A stretch of DNA of 64,000 nt from Thermodesulfobacteriota bacterium (GCA_026625185.1 CP113000.1:2043124-2107123), one strand, 5' to 3'. Shown: positions 20,489 to 29,717, numbered from the stretch's first letter. Translations and numbers: made by a program. The notes: generated by a model from the sequence alone, not told the origin.

Positions 20489-21212
20489 CCAGGTTACCAG
20501 CCGGGAGTTTACTGACAGTCTGGAACACCCCGTCATCCATCAAATTAGATTTTTTCTCTTCTATTCTGTGTACGCCAAGCGATTTAAAGGAGTTAGCAGT
20601 GGGATGGCTATTTAACCAAGGGTATATCGAATCGGTAAGTGATATGGCCGTCTTGGTTTTCTGCGAGGATATGAACGACATTAGCATGCAACTTACCAAT
20701 TTCCGGTACAAGGAAAGGGAAAGGGAACAGATTATCAAAACCTCGGCATGCATGGGCGGTGAGATTTCTTACCGGCAGTTTTTCAAAGACACACCAAAGT
20801 TAAGCGGGGACCTAGGTTAACGATTCGGCTTCTCAAATCTCTTACGAAGAAAGCGTTATCCATGGCACACCATTACAAGGCCACGGGGGGACTCCACTTA
20901 TGCCACCATCGCCTCAGCAAGCAGTCAACAGATTGATACATTTTTCGAGGACGTAGGCCGACACAATGGGGTAGATAAGGCTATGGGAAGGATGCTTCTC
21001 ACCAGCGGCAGGATTTCTTCTGAAATGGCGCTCAAGGCGGTTCACGGAAATATTAGTATTGTAGCCAGCCTAACACCTGTACGAATCTCGGCGCCCAAAT
21101 AGCGGAGGAAGCAGGTCTGACCCTTGTATGCCGTGTACTGAGAGCCTGGCCTGTTCTTTGGTGCGGCGCACAAAGGATCGTAGCTGATGATGAAGGAAAA
21201 GGTGCCCAGTAA
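20461..21212 (+). pseudogene. fdhD: fdhD (formate dehydrogenase accessory sulfurtransferase) pseudogene, with at least three frameshifts and an internal stop
   Basis: FdhD-like peptides lie in alternating frames: CTPSDLKELAVGWLFNQGYIES..KTSACMGGE (frame 1, stop at 20818), then ATGGLH (frame 0), then EDVGRHNGVDKAMG..LLTSGRISSEMALKA..ISIVASLTPVRISAP (frame 1, stop), then IAEEAGLTLV (frame 0). No in-frame start codon. Confidence 0.6.
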
Positions 21213-21320
21213 ATTGCCACCTGACCGTGGTCCAAATATCGGGTTTGTAAATTGACCTTTCGAAATAATATTTCTGGGATAAGAAATGGCCTAATGAAAA
21301 GATCTCAGGGTGAAAAACTA

Positions 21321-21368
21321 AATGCGGCGTGTTTGATTCTGGCGGGAGGAGAGGGTAAGAGCCTATGA
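21321..21368 (+). pseudogene. 16-codon fragment resembling the MobA N-terminus (NAACLILAGGEGKSL*)
   Basis: Nucleotide-level similarity to 19910..19950 (ATTCTTGCGGGCGGTGAAAGC versus ATTCTGGCGGGAGGAGAGGGT). It stops after 16 codons. Confidence 0.3.
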
Positions 21369-21430
21369 AAATCACGACCTCGGTTGACAACCTATGTTAT
21401 CATAGGAAACTACTTTATAGGAGGTCGTGT

Positions 21431-21626
21431 TATGACAAAAGCCCAAAGGGATATTGCAAGAAAGATCCGGGTTCTTCAGTATGCGCAAGACGGTATGTTG
21501 GTTGTGGGTCTCGTGATCGTCTTGGTCTACAAAAAAAACCGGAGAAAAAAGCCGCTTAAGATACGTTCGCTTCCAATCTGCGGTGTCCCATTCAAGTCCA
21601 TTGCGGCAATCCATCCTACTCGTTAA
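21431..21626 (+). CDS. Hypothetical small membrane protein (65 aa)
   Basis: A GGAGG RBS is 6 nt upstream of the ATG. One hydrophobic helix then a basic tail. No recognisable family. Confidence 0.25.
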
Positions 21627-21649
21627 TGTTTATTAAACTTCTTTTTCTG

Positions 21650-22092
21650 CAATTTAGTCGCTTAGTTGTGTGAGAAGACTCTCTTGTTCAGAAATGATTG
21701 TTTTTTTTATTACCTCCCCAATAGAAATTAATCCACCTAACTTTTGTTTTCTTTATTTTCAATAGTCATTAATAAGCCCATCAGTCGAAACGCATATTAA
21801 AAACCTAAAAAAATACCCCCGCGCAAAAAGTATTTTATTTTAAAAATTTACCTATCTTAAAATCATTGCTTTACGGAGTTTATTTTGCTGGCCAGATTTT
21901 TTTACAGGATGTCAAATAAAAGATTCTTAAGATGTTTATATTTCTATTCCCCTTTTACTCGAAGGGATTATTTTTTTGCAAATGAAAATTTTGTTAGGGT
22001 GAAACATATTGATTTTTTTTGTATTATTAAGATAAAATTTCATTATGGTGAAAAAAATATTGTTTTTTTGTATTATTAAGATAATATTTAAT
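21650..22092. repeat. Segmental duplication, copy 2. It lacks the CBS gene body, retains about 90 bp of the CBS 3' end as a remnant, and has an internal tandem duplication near its end.
   Basis: Aligned by eye to 18552..19312. GGTGAAA(A/C)ATATTG(A)TTTTTTTTGTATTATTAAGATAA occurs twice in tandem at about 21995..22085. Confidence 0.6.
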
Positions 22093-22105
22093 TTCGGGAG
22101 GAAGA

Positions 22106-22136
22106 AATTTTTACTGTTGGTATAAGTTGTGCAATC
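22106..22136 (+). promoter_or_regulatory. Conserved promoter-like motif AATTTTTACTGTTGGTATAAGTTGTGCAAT upstream of the hydrogenase operon (GG-N10-GC, extended -10-like TGGTATAAG)
   Basis: Matches the motif at 12418..12448. About 75 nt upstream of the 22213 start. Confidence 0.35.
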
Positions 22137-22212
22137 TCCAAAATCAATTATGGTTTAACTTCAATTAATTTTATTTAAAAAAGATAAGGTTAAATTCAGT
22201 AGGAGGCAGATT

Positions 22213-23262
22213 ATGGAATTAAAGAAAATTGATAAGCCTGATCTAGGTCTCTTTCTTCAGAATCTTATCAAGGATTTTCAGGTGGAGGGGGTTAAAAGAA
22301 AAGGGCAGTCTGTTTATGGCCAGTCCTTTTTTTATGGTTCAATCAATGCTCCCGATGAGCTATGCTTGGATTTTGACTGTACGACCATGCCTCCCAAAAA
22401 GTATTTTATCCCCCCCAAAGAAGAATTGCTTAAATTCACTATCGCCCCTAAACCGGAAGTTGCTGAGGTGATCGAAAGCAAACCGCTTATAATCTTTGGC
22501 GTCCATCCTTATGACCTTAAGGCTGTTAATCAAATGGATAAAATCTTTAGCGAAGGGAACCCGGATCCCAATTATTTAAAACGAAGAGAAGGAATTTTAC
22601 TTATTGGGGTTGATCCGACAAAGGTTTCCCCTCGTTCTTTCTGGAACTCCATGGAGGCAGCTTCAGTATCATCAGGCTTTGATTTGATGCTCACGGATAT
22701 CGGCGAAAGCTATCTGGTAGAGGTAGGAACCGATAAGGGCGGCAATCTTCTCAAAAAGTATGCAAAGGTTAGCTCAGTTACTAAGGAAGAAGAACAAAAG
22801 CGAATCGACGTCAGATCTAAGATCTGGAATATGTGTAAAAAAAGAGCGCTGAACTTTCCTATGCGAGAACTGCCTTCTTTGTTGGTTAATTCTCTGAATA
22901 GTCCTCTTTGGGATGAAAAAGCGAGCAAATGTCTTAGTTGTGTGACCTGTAATATGGTTTGCCCGACGTGCTACTGTTTCGATGTATGGGATGATGTTGA
23001 GCTTGACCTTACCCATGGGCAACGTTATCGCCGTTGGGACGGATGCTTAGCTTCTGATTTTGCAAAAGTTGCCACCGGAGAGAATTTTCGCGAGACTCGG
23101 GCTGCAAGATACCGTCATCGTTTTCTCCGCAAAGGACAATACCTGTTTTCTAAATTAAATGATGCTGCGTGTGTGGGGTGTGGCCGATGTGCGGCATATT
23201 GTCTCCCTGATATTGCCGATCCGGTGGATGTCTTTAATAGATTAAAGGAAGCTGTGAAATAA
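22213..23262 (+). CDS. Sulfhydrogenase-type [NiFe] hydrogenase beta subunit (4Fe-4S, HydB/AsrA-like)
   Basis: CLSCVTCNMVCPTCYC and CVGCGRCAAYC ferredoxin-like clusters. Architecture typical of group 3b/3d beta subunits. Confidence 0.7.
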   Translation: MELKKIDKPDLGLFLQNLIKDFQVEGVKRKGQSVYGQSFFYGSINAPDELCLDFDCTTMPPKKYFIPPKEELLKFTIAPKPEVAEVIESKPLIIFGVHPYDLKAVNQMDKIFSEGNPDPNYLKRREGILLIGVDPTKVSPRSFWNSMEAASVSSGFDLMLTDIGESYLVEVGTDKGGNLLKKYAKVSSVTKEEEQKRIDVRSKIWNMCKKRALNFPMRELPSLLVNSLNSPLWDEKASKCLSCVTCNMVCPTCYCFDVWDDVELDLTHGQRYRRWDGCLASDFAKVATGENFRETRAARYRHRFLRKGQYLFSKLNDAACVGCGRCAAYCLPDIADPVDVFNRLKEAVK

Positions 23263-23276
23263 GGAGGGAATCTATC

Positions 23277-24113
23277 ATGAATCATTCGATGCCAGACGGT
23301 TCTCCTTATGTACCCAAGTGGGCGGAGATTTCCCGAATCGAGAAGCTTACGGAAAGTGAGAAACTTTTTGAATTACGCCTCTCGAATGGGCAGCCGTTGG
23401 GTCATAAGCCCGGTCAGTTTGTAGAAGTATCTGTTCTGGGGATTGGAGAGGCTCCCATATCAATTTCTTCTCCCCCAATAAATGATAATTCTTTTGAACT
23501 GGCAGTTCGAAAGGTAGGGAATGTTACCAATGCGATGCACAACCTTGGGGTTGGGGGCAAGCTTGGAATTCGAGGACCTTTTGGCACCAATTTTCCAATT
23601 GATGAAGCTAAGGGGAAAGATATTTTATTTGTGGCTGGAGGAATCGGGTTGGTTCCCTTACGGTCCTTTATCAAATTTGTGCTGGAAAATAGAAAAGACT
23701 ATGGAGAGGTTACGGTCTTATTCGGTGCCCGTAATCCCTCGGAGCAGCTTTTTCTCAGCGAACTTGAGCAATGGAGGGGGAGAAAGGATATCTCGTACCT
23801 GGAGACAGTAGATCGAGCCGACGAAAATTGGAAAGGAAACGTTGGGGTTATCACCACCCTTTTTCCTAAAGTTCAAGTTGATCCTGCTAAAACGATATGT
23901 GTTGTGGTTGGCCCTCCGGTAATGTATCGATTTGTTATCATGGAGACAAAAGCGAAGGGCATACCGGACAAGCAAATTTTCCTTTCCCTCGAAAGAAGAA
24001 TGAAGTGTGGACTGGGGAAATGCGGTCATTGCCAGATCAATAATATTTATGTCTGTCAGGATGGTCCGGTGTTAAGGTATTCGGATATCTTTGCTTTAGA
24101 GGAGGCGCTGTGA
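23277..24113 (+). CDS. Hydrogenase gamma subunit: FNR-like FAD/NAD(P)-binding oxidoreductase with a C-terminal 2Fe-2S motif
   Basis: FAD-binding RLSNGQP/GHKPGQFV, NAD-binding GGIGLVPLRS, C-terminal CGLGKCGHCQ. Confidence 0.7.
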   Translation: MNHSMPDGSPYVPKWAEISRIEKLTESEKLFELRLSNGQPLGHKPGQFVEVSVLGIGEAPISISSPPINDNSFELAVRKVGNVTNAMHNLGVGGKLGIRGPFGTNFPIDEAKGKDILFVAGGIGLVPLRSFIKFVLENRKDYGEVTVLFGARNPSEQLFLSELEQWRGRKDISYLETVDRADENWKGNVGVITTLFPKVQVDPAKTICVVVGPPVMYRFVIMETKAKGIPDKQIFLSLERRMKCGLGKCGHCQINNIYVCQDGPVLRYSDIFALEEAL

Positions 24114-24853
24114 TGGATAAACCAAGAGTAGCTTTTTTTGATTTTGCGAGCTGCGAGGGTGATCAGCTCCAAATCGTAAACCTGGAAGAGGACCTCTTGA
24201 AGGTAGTTGGGGCGGTAGATGTTGTGAGTTTCAGGGAAGCCATGAAAGGGCACTCGGACAATTATGACATCGCCTTTGTTGAGGGTTCGATTACTCGTCG
24301 CTCAGATGAACCGAGGCTTTTGGAAATTCGTAAAAATGCAAAAATTTTAGTAGCAATTGGAGCATGCGCTACGATAGGGGGCGTTAACTTGCTCAAAAAT
24401 TTTCAGGACCTGGAAAGCGTAAGAAAATTTGTTTATGGAGATAAGTTTTTCCAGTATGAGACCTACCCGGCCCGACCTATCAAAGCAGTGGTTCCGGTAG
24501 ATCTCGAAATCCATCAATGTCCTATAAATCGGGATGAATTTGTCATGGCATTTAAAGCGCTTCTTATGGGGAAAAAACCGGAATTTCCCAATTATCCGGT
24601 ATGCGAGGACTGTAAAAAAGCTGAAAATATTTGCGTTTTCGAAATGGGGATGACCTGCATGGGACCGGTTACCCGAGCAGGTTGCGGAGCTTGTTGCGTT
24701 GTGGAAGGAAGCGTGTGCTGGGGATGCCGTGGATTTATTGATCATCCCAATGCGGACTCGGAAAGAGAAGTCTTGGCTAAGTATGGTCTGAGTGTAGGCG
24801 ACATTCTTAAAAAATTTCGACTTTACACTGGCTTTTCGGAGGTGTCAAAATGA
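24110..24853 (+). CDS. [NiFe] hydrogenase small (delta) subunit, Oxidored_q6/NuoB-like
   Basis: VAFFDFASCEGDQLQ, GACATIGGV, and a distal cluster CPINRDEF...CEDCK..C. Confidence 0.75.
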   Translation: MMDKPRVAFFDFASCEGDQLQIVNLEEDLLKVVGAVDVVSFREAMKGHSDNYDIAFVEGSITRRSDEPRLLEIRKNAKILVAIGACATIGGVNLLKNFQDLESVRKFVYGDKFFQYETYPARPIKAVVPVDLEIHQCPINRDEFVMAFKALLMGKKPEFPNYPVCEDCKKAENICVFEMGMTCMGPVTRAGCGACCVVEGSVCWGCRGFIDHPNADSEREVLAKYGLSVGDILKKFRLYTGFSEVSK

Positions 24854-26124
24854 ATGGTAAAAAAGTCATACAGATTCACCATGTTACCCGCATAGAGGGT
24901 CATGGAAATATCGATATTCAAATTAAAGACGGTAAGGTAGATAAATGTCAGTGGCAGATAGTTGAGGCTCCTCGATTTTTCGAAGCCGCGCTTCGGGGAC
25001 GAAAATGGAATGAAGCCGCCCACATTACCTCGAGGATCTGTGCAATTTGTTCCATTGGCCACACCCTCTGTTCGTTAAAAGCTACTGAGGCAGCCCTGGG
25101 CATCACAATATCCGAACAGACCCTTAAACTCCGCAAACTGTTGATAAATGGCGAGACTCTTCAGAGCCACATTCTTCACTTGGGATACCTGGTAGTTCCT
25201 GACCTTGTAGGAGCGCCGAGCGTTATTCCTCTCGCTTCCACCCATCCGGCAGAAGTGCTTCTCGTTGTCCGACTTCATCGCTTGGCTAATGAAATGTCCG
25301 ACCTGATCGGGGGTCGCACCATTCACCCCCAGCGTCCGGTGGTAGGAGGATTTGCCAAGTGGCCGACCGTGGCCGAATTGGAGAACCTATACCAAAAATT
25401 AGAATCAGCGCAATCTGATGTCATGACATTGGCAGGTTTTGTCAAAGGTCTTGCCCCGAATTTTCCAAAATTTTCTCGGGAGACTGAATATATTGGACTC
25501 ACTCACCCTACTGAATATGCGTTCTACGAAGGAGAGATCGCTTCTACCGATGGAGGAAAATGGCCGGTAGATAACTATAAGAGCATTGTTAATGAATACT
25601 TAGTTCCGCATTCTACTGCCAAGTTTGCCCGGCACAAACGGGATGCTTATATGGTGGGTGCTCTTGCTCGTTTCAATTTGAACTATAACAAACTTCTCCC
25701 CGGAGCCAAGAAGCTTGCTGATGATGTTGGTCTTAAACCCATCAACTTCAATCCCTTTATGAATAATGTGGCCCAGCTGGTGGAAGTAGCTCATGCTTTT
25801 GAAGACTCAATGCAATTAACAAAAAAACTTTTAGAGAAATGGGATCCAGAAGAAAAACCGATTGTTTCTGTTAAAGCAGGACTGGGTTCCGGATCTGTTG
25901 AAGTGCCCAGAGGAATCCTTTTTCATGAATATGAATATAATAAAGATGGTGAGATTGTTTGGGCTAATTGTGTAATCCCCACCAACCAGAACCATGCAAA
26001 TATCCAAAAGGACATGGAAGCTCTGGTGGAGGAGATTAAAGAACGTCCACAAGAAGAAATTGAATTAATGGTGGAGATGCTGGTGCGGGCTTATGATCCC
26101 TGTGTTTCATGTTCCACCCATTAA
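24850..26124 (+). CDS. [NiFe] hydrogenase large (alpha) subunit
   Basis: N-terminal RIEGHG, RICAICSIGHT (the L1 CxxC motif) and C-terminal DPCVSCSTH (DPCxxCxxH). The ORF stops immediately after the His. Confidence 0.85.
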   Translation: MNGKKVIQIHHVTRIEGHGNIDIQIKDGKVDKCQWQIVEAPRFFEAALRGRKWNEAAHITSRICAICSIGHTLCSLKATEAALGITISEQTLKLRKLLINGETLQSHILHLGYLVVPDLVGAPSVIPLASTHPAEVLLVVRLHRLANEMSDLIGGRTIHPQRPVVGGFAKWPTVAELENLYQKLESAQSDVMTLAGFVKGLAPNFPKFSRETEYIGLTHPTEYAFYEGEIASTDGGKWPVDNYKSIVNEYLVPHSTAKFARHKRDAYMVGALARFNLNYNKLLPGAKKLADDVGLKPINFNPFMNNVAQLVEVAHAFEDSMQLTKKLLEKWDPEEKPIVSVKAGLGSGSVEVPRGILFHEYEYNKDGEIVWANCVIPTNQNHANIQKDMEALVEEIKERPQEEIELMVEMLVRAYDPCVSCSTH

Positions 26125-26174
26125 TGGAAATATTTAAAATATTTTAATCTTATCGAAGAAAAAGGAGAATGTAA

Positions 26175-26585
26175 GTGATGGATAAGCCAAAAATCCTTAT
26201 CATCGATGACGATGCCGATGCCGTTGAGCTCATTCGCATTGCCTTAGAAGCCAATAATTATGATGTTTTTAGTGCTGGGAATGGGACTGAGGGACTCGCG
26301 TTAGTTAAAAAAATCCGTCCGGATCTTATTATTCTTGACGTAATGATGGATAGTGCCACTGAAGGTTTTCAAGTTTCCTATCAGATCAAGAGCAATGACC
26401 CAAAATCTGAATACCGAGACTTCTGCCGGACCCCGATTATTATGATGACCGGGATATCTCAACAGATGCATATGAAATTTTCCCCAACCCAAGATGGTGA
26501 TTACCTTCCGGTAGAGGAATTTTTAGAAAAACCTGTCCGGGTTGATCCGTTGTTGGAAAAGATCAGAAAATTGTTGAAGCGGTAA
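26175..26585 (+). CDS. Standalone response-regulator receiver (REC) domain protein
   Basis: ILIIDDDADAVELI..DLIILDVMMD. CheY-like, with no output domain. Confidence 0.75.
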   Translation: MMDKPKILIIDDDADAVELIRIALEANNYDVFSAGNGTEGLALVKKIRPDLIILDVMMDSATEGFQVSYQIKSNDPKSEYRDFCRTPIIMMTGISQQMHMKFSPTQDGDYLPVEEFLEKPVRVDPLLEKIRKLLKR

Positions 26586-26829
26586 AGATAAATAGAAATG
26601 TGGGATGGTTGAGAGACCTGCGAAGAATATTTCCCTTTCTTACATCACAAACATATATCGTGCTGCGGATCAGCGGGCTGACGGACACGCGAGCAAGTTC
26701 GCGGGGTCAGCTGTCCGTTGCAACCGCTTGATGGCCAGGCGCGAAGCGTCAGCGTCATCGTTGATTATAAAACGAACCCCCCCTCAAATGAATATCTTAA
26801 TGGTCTACCCAAAATTCGGCTCATAACAA

Positions 26830-28686
26830 ATGGATGAGCATCAGGAAATAAAAGCTCTTTTTTATGAGAAGGGAAGGGAAGAACCACTTTCGAAAGTTGG
26901 GTGGTGGATCCTGCTAAGGTGGATTTTGCTGGGCGTGACCATTCTTGCCGGCCTTACCGGCAACTTTCTCCTTAATTTAAAGCTTCCTCTCGCCCACATC
27001 TTATTGCTTTGTTGTTTAACTGCTTTTTTGAATGCCCTTCTCCATTATCAACTCTTCACTCTTAAAAAAGCTCCTTCCTTTGAGTTTAATCTCGTTGACC
27101 GGATTACGTATATTCAGTTTGGAACCGATCTCGTATTTATTGCCGGGATTTTTAACGATACCGGAGGAATTGCCAGCCCGTTATTATTTTACTTCCTTTT
27201 CCATGTTATCCTCAGTGGGGTTTTGCTGGAGCGATGGGCCTGCTTCCTTTATGTCAGTTTGGTGGCCCTGATGATTCTCACCTTATCCTTTTTTGAATTT
27301 ATCGGCTTTGTCCCCCATGTTTACAGGGCCTCGTTTATATCCAAAGACCTCCAGGATAACCCTTTTTTTGTTTTTTTTCTCCTTTTTTTCTTTCTCATGG
27401 TGCTTTTCATTTCCAGCTCCCTGATCTCTACCCTGCTTAAGCGTTTGCGAGAAAGAATATCGCAGCTCACCGAACTTGAAGAAAAATTGGAGGATACCAA
27501 CCACAGGTTGGAAACCCTAAATCTGATTGCTGTAAAAACTGCTACCACCCTTGGGCTTACCCCGAGGCTGGATTTGATTTGTGGGAGCGTCAGGGAGCTC
27601 ATGGGAGTTAAAGGAGTCCTTATCCGACTGTTGGACGAGAGGACGAATCGGCTTGAAATAGTGTCATCCTGTGGTTTAAGTGATGCTTATATTAAAACCG
27701 GCCCTATCGATTTGGACAAAAGCTATTCACGAACTTTAAAAGGAAAACCGCACGTCGTGTTAGATATTACTTCTGAACCTTCGTTACAGTATCCGGAAGA
27801 GATTAAGAAAGAAGGTATTGTGAGCATGCTTGCTGTTCCCTTGCAGGGGAGGGAAAAAGTCATCGGCACGTTGCGTCTTTTTACTAGTGAAAGAAGAGAA
27901 TTTACCCAAGAAGAAATTGACTTTGTTTCGGCCTTGGCCAGTCAAGGAGCTATCTCCATAGAAAATGCGAGGTTTTACGACGTGTTGAAGCGGCAAGATG
28001 AGGCAAAAAATGATTTTATTATTTTAATGACTCATGAGTTGAAAGCTCCCTTGAGCGCGATTCAGGGACTTCTGGATGTTATGCGTAAAGGTTACGTGGG
28101 AGCCATTACTGATAAACAAAAAGAACTGATTGAACGGATGCAAAAGCGAATTGACTCGGTTTTAGAGCTCTCGGCTGAATTGCTTGATATTTATAAATGG
28201 CAGTCAAAGGGGGTTATTGATATGGCATTGACGTCGGTATCCCTAAAAGATCAAATTCAAAAAGCAGAAGACCTTTTTAAACTAATTGCTCAGAAAAAAA
28301 GCATAAAAATATCTTACGAAGTGCCCGACGAGCAGGTAAATGTAAAAGCTGGAGAGGAAGAGCTGGAGAAAGTGCTCAATAACCTGATCAGTAACGCTAT
28401 AAAATATACGCCTATTGGAGGGAATATCTCCGTTGTCCTTAGATTGGTGGATAAGCAGGTGACCCTTCGCGTTAAGGATAACGGGATTGGGATTTCCTCC
28501 GAGGATGTGCCGAAGATATTTAATGAATTTTTCCGCACCAAGGAAGCAAAGGTGATTGATCCGGAAGGAAGTGGTTTGGGATTGCCTTTTGTGAAAAAAA
28601 TTGTGGAATCCCTTGGTGGTACGATCCGAGTGAAAAGCGAAAAAGGGCAGGGAACAGAATTTATGGTAACCCTTCCTAGAATTTAA
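26830..28686 (+). CDS. Sensor histidine kinase: N-terminal multi-TM domain, GAF domain, HisKA and HATPase_c
   Basis: Six or more hydrophobic helices in the first 190 aa. The GAF-like middle region is followed by an H-box (LMTHELKAPL), N-box (NLISNAIKYT) and G-boxes (DNGIGI, GSGLGL). Confidence 0.75.
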   Translation: MDEHQEIKALFYEKGREEPLSKVGWWILLRWILLGVTILAGLTGNFLLNLKLPLAHILLLCCLTAFLNALLHYQLFTLKKAPSFEFNLVDRITYIQFGTDLVFIAGIFNDTGGIASPLLFYFLFHVILSGVLLERWACFLYVSLVALMILTLSFFEFIGFVPHVYRASFISKDLQDNPFFVFFLLFFFLMVLFISSSLISTLLKRLRERISQLTELEEKLEDTNHRLETLNLIAVKTATTLGLTPRLDLICGSVRELMGVKGVLIRLLDERTNRLEIVSSCGLSDAYIKTGPIDLDKSYSRTLKGKPHVVLDITSEPSLQYPEEIKKEGIVSMLAVPLQGREKVIGTLRLFTSERREFTQEEIDFVSALASQGAISIENARFYDVLKRQDEAKNDFIILMTHELKAPLSAIQGLLDVMRKGYVGAITDKQKELIERMQKRIDSVLELSAELLDIYKWQSKGVIDMALTSVSLKDQIQKAEDLFKLIAQKKSIKISYEVPDEQVNVKAGEEELEKVLNNLISNAIKYTPIGGNISVVLRLVDKQVTLRVKDNGIGISSEDVPKIFNEFFRTKEAKVIDPEGSGLGLPFVKKIVESLGGTIRVKSEKGQGTEFMVTLPRI

Positions 28687-29117
28687 GCAAAGATAATCTA
28701 TTTATATTATTCCGTTTGAGATAATCCCCGGTTACCCCTGAGTTTTTATTTTTTACCTCGTTTTGTGAGTTCGTTACCCCTTTATAGATTTTTCATGACT
28801 TCCTGATTCAGTTTTCAGCAGAAAAGTTTCCCCAGTACGGAGAAGGACCAATAGGCGTGTTTTTCGTTTAAAAAAGATGAAAAGTTTTTACAGGCTGTAA
28901 AAGTTGGAGAAAAATATTTTCTTTTTCCTTTTAAAAAATTGTCGCAAGGTTTAATGAACGAAAAATGACTTTAGAACTTCAAAAAATAAACGAGGTTTTT
29001 TTTTATTGCCGCCTGAAAAACCTGATGAATTTATTGTTTTCCGTTAAAAGATGATCGGAAAGTAATTAACGAAAAAAATTAGTAATAATTAACCCCTGAA
29101 AATCGTGTTGCTTTATA

Positions 29118-29135
29118 TTGGCATAACCTTTGCTT
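29118..29135 (+). promoter_or_regulatory. Sigma-54 (-24/-12) promoter TTGGCATAACCTTTGCTT
   Basis: TGGCAT-N5-TTGCT with correct GG-N10-GC spacing. It is about 35 nt upstream of the receiver gene that heads the REC-HK-NtrC operon. Confidence 0.55.
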
Positions 29136-29167
29136 TCCCTTTAGATTAGTTTTTAAAGGTGGTGCTA

Positions 29168-29551
29168 ATGAAAGAAAAATTTACTCTTTTAATTGCCGAC
29201 CGCAATCGAAATATCCGAGATTTTTTACAACGAGAACTTATTACGGATGGCTATCGGGTTCTCTTAGCCTGTGATGGCCGGCAAGTATTGAAAATCATAG
29301 AGAACGAAACTCCTGATCTTTTAATCATTGATCTTGACATTCCCTATGCGGATGAATTAAGAGTATTTGAACGACTCCAATCCGCGCATCAAGTGATCCC
29401 GGTACTCGTGCATACCTTGCCCTCTGCTGAAACGATCAACGGGTTTGTTCAGAGAGCGGCCGGGTTTGTAGAAAAAGACGGTAATAATATAACTAACCTT
29501 AAAGATACTATAATTCAAGTATTACGGAAGCATTATCCTCATCGGTTTTAA
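29168..29551 (+). CDS. Standalone receiver (REC) domain protein
   Basis: FTLLIADRN..DLLIIDLDIP. The track ORF starts three codons earlier at a GTG. The ATG at 29168 has an AAAGG RBS. Confidence 0.65.
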   Translation: MKEKFTLLIADRNRNIRDFLQRELITDGYRVLLACDGRQVLKIIENETPDLLIIDLDIPYADELRVFERLQSAHQVIPVLVHTLPSAETINGFVQRAAGFVEKDGNNITNLKDTIIQVLRKHYPHRF

Positions 29552-29717
29552 GTTGTAAACGCATATCGAAAACAAAGGCTTATTTCTCACGAGAACAAAC
29601 AAGACAAACATATATTAAAATTAAGGAGATATACTTTCTCCGAAAAATACGGGCAGAGACTTTACCCCCGGCTACTCTTATGATAAACTTTAGCGGGGGT
29701 AGTTTTTTTAATGAAAA

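Noticed and set aside
21365-21559. 64-aa ORF overlapping the MobA-like fragment and the start of the 21431 small ORF
   Set aside because: Cys/Arg/Tyr-rich translation with no RBS. It is better explained as the decayed MobA-paralog fragment plus the separate small ORF with a GGAGG RBS.
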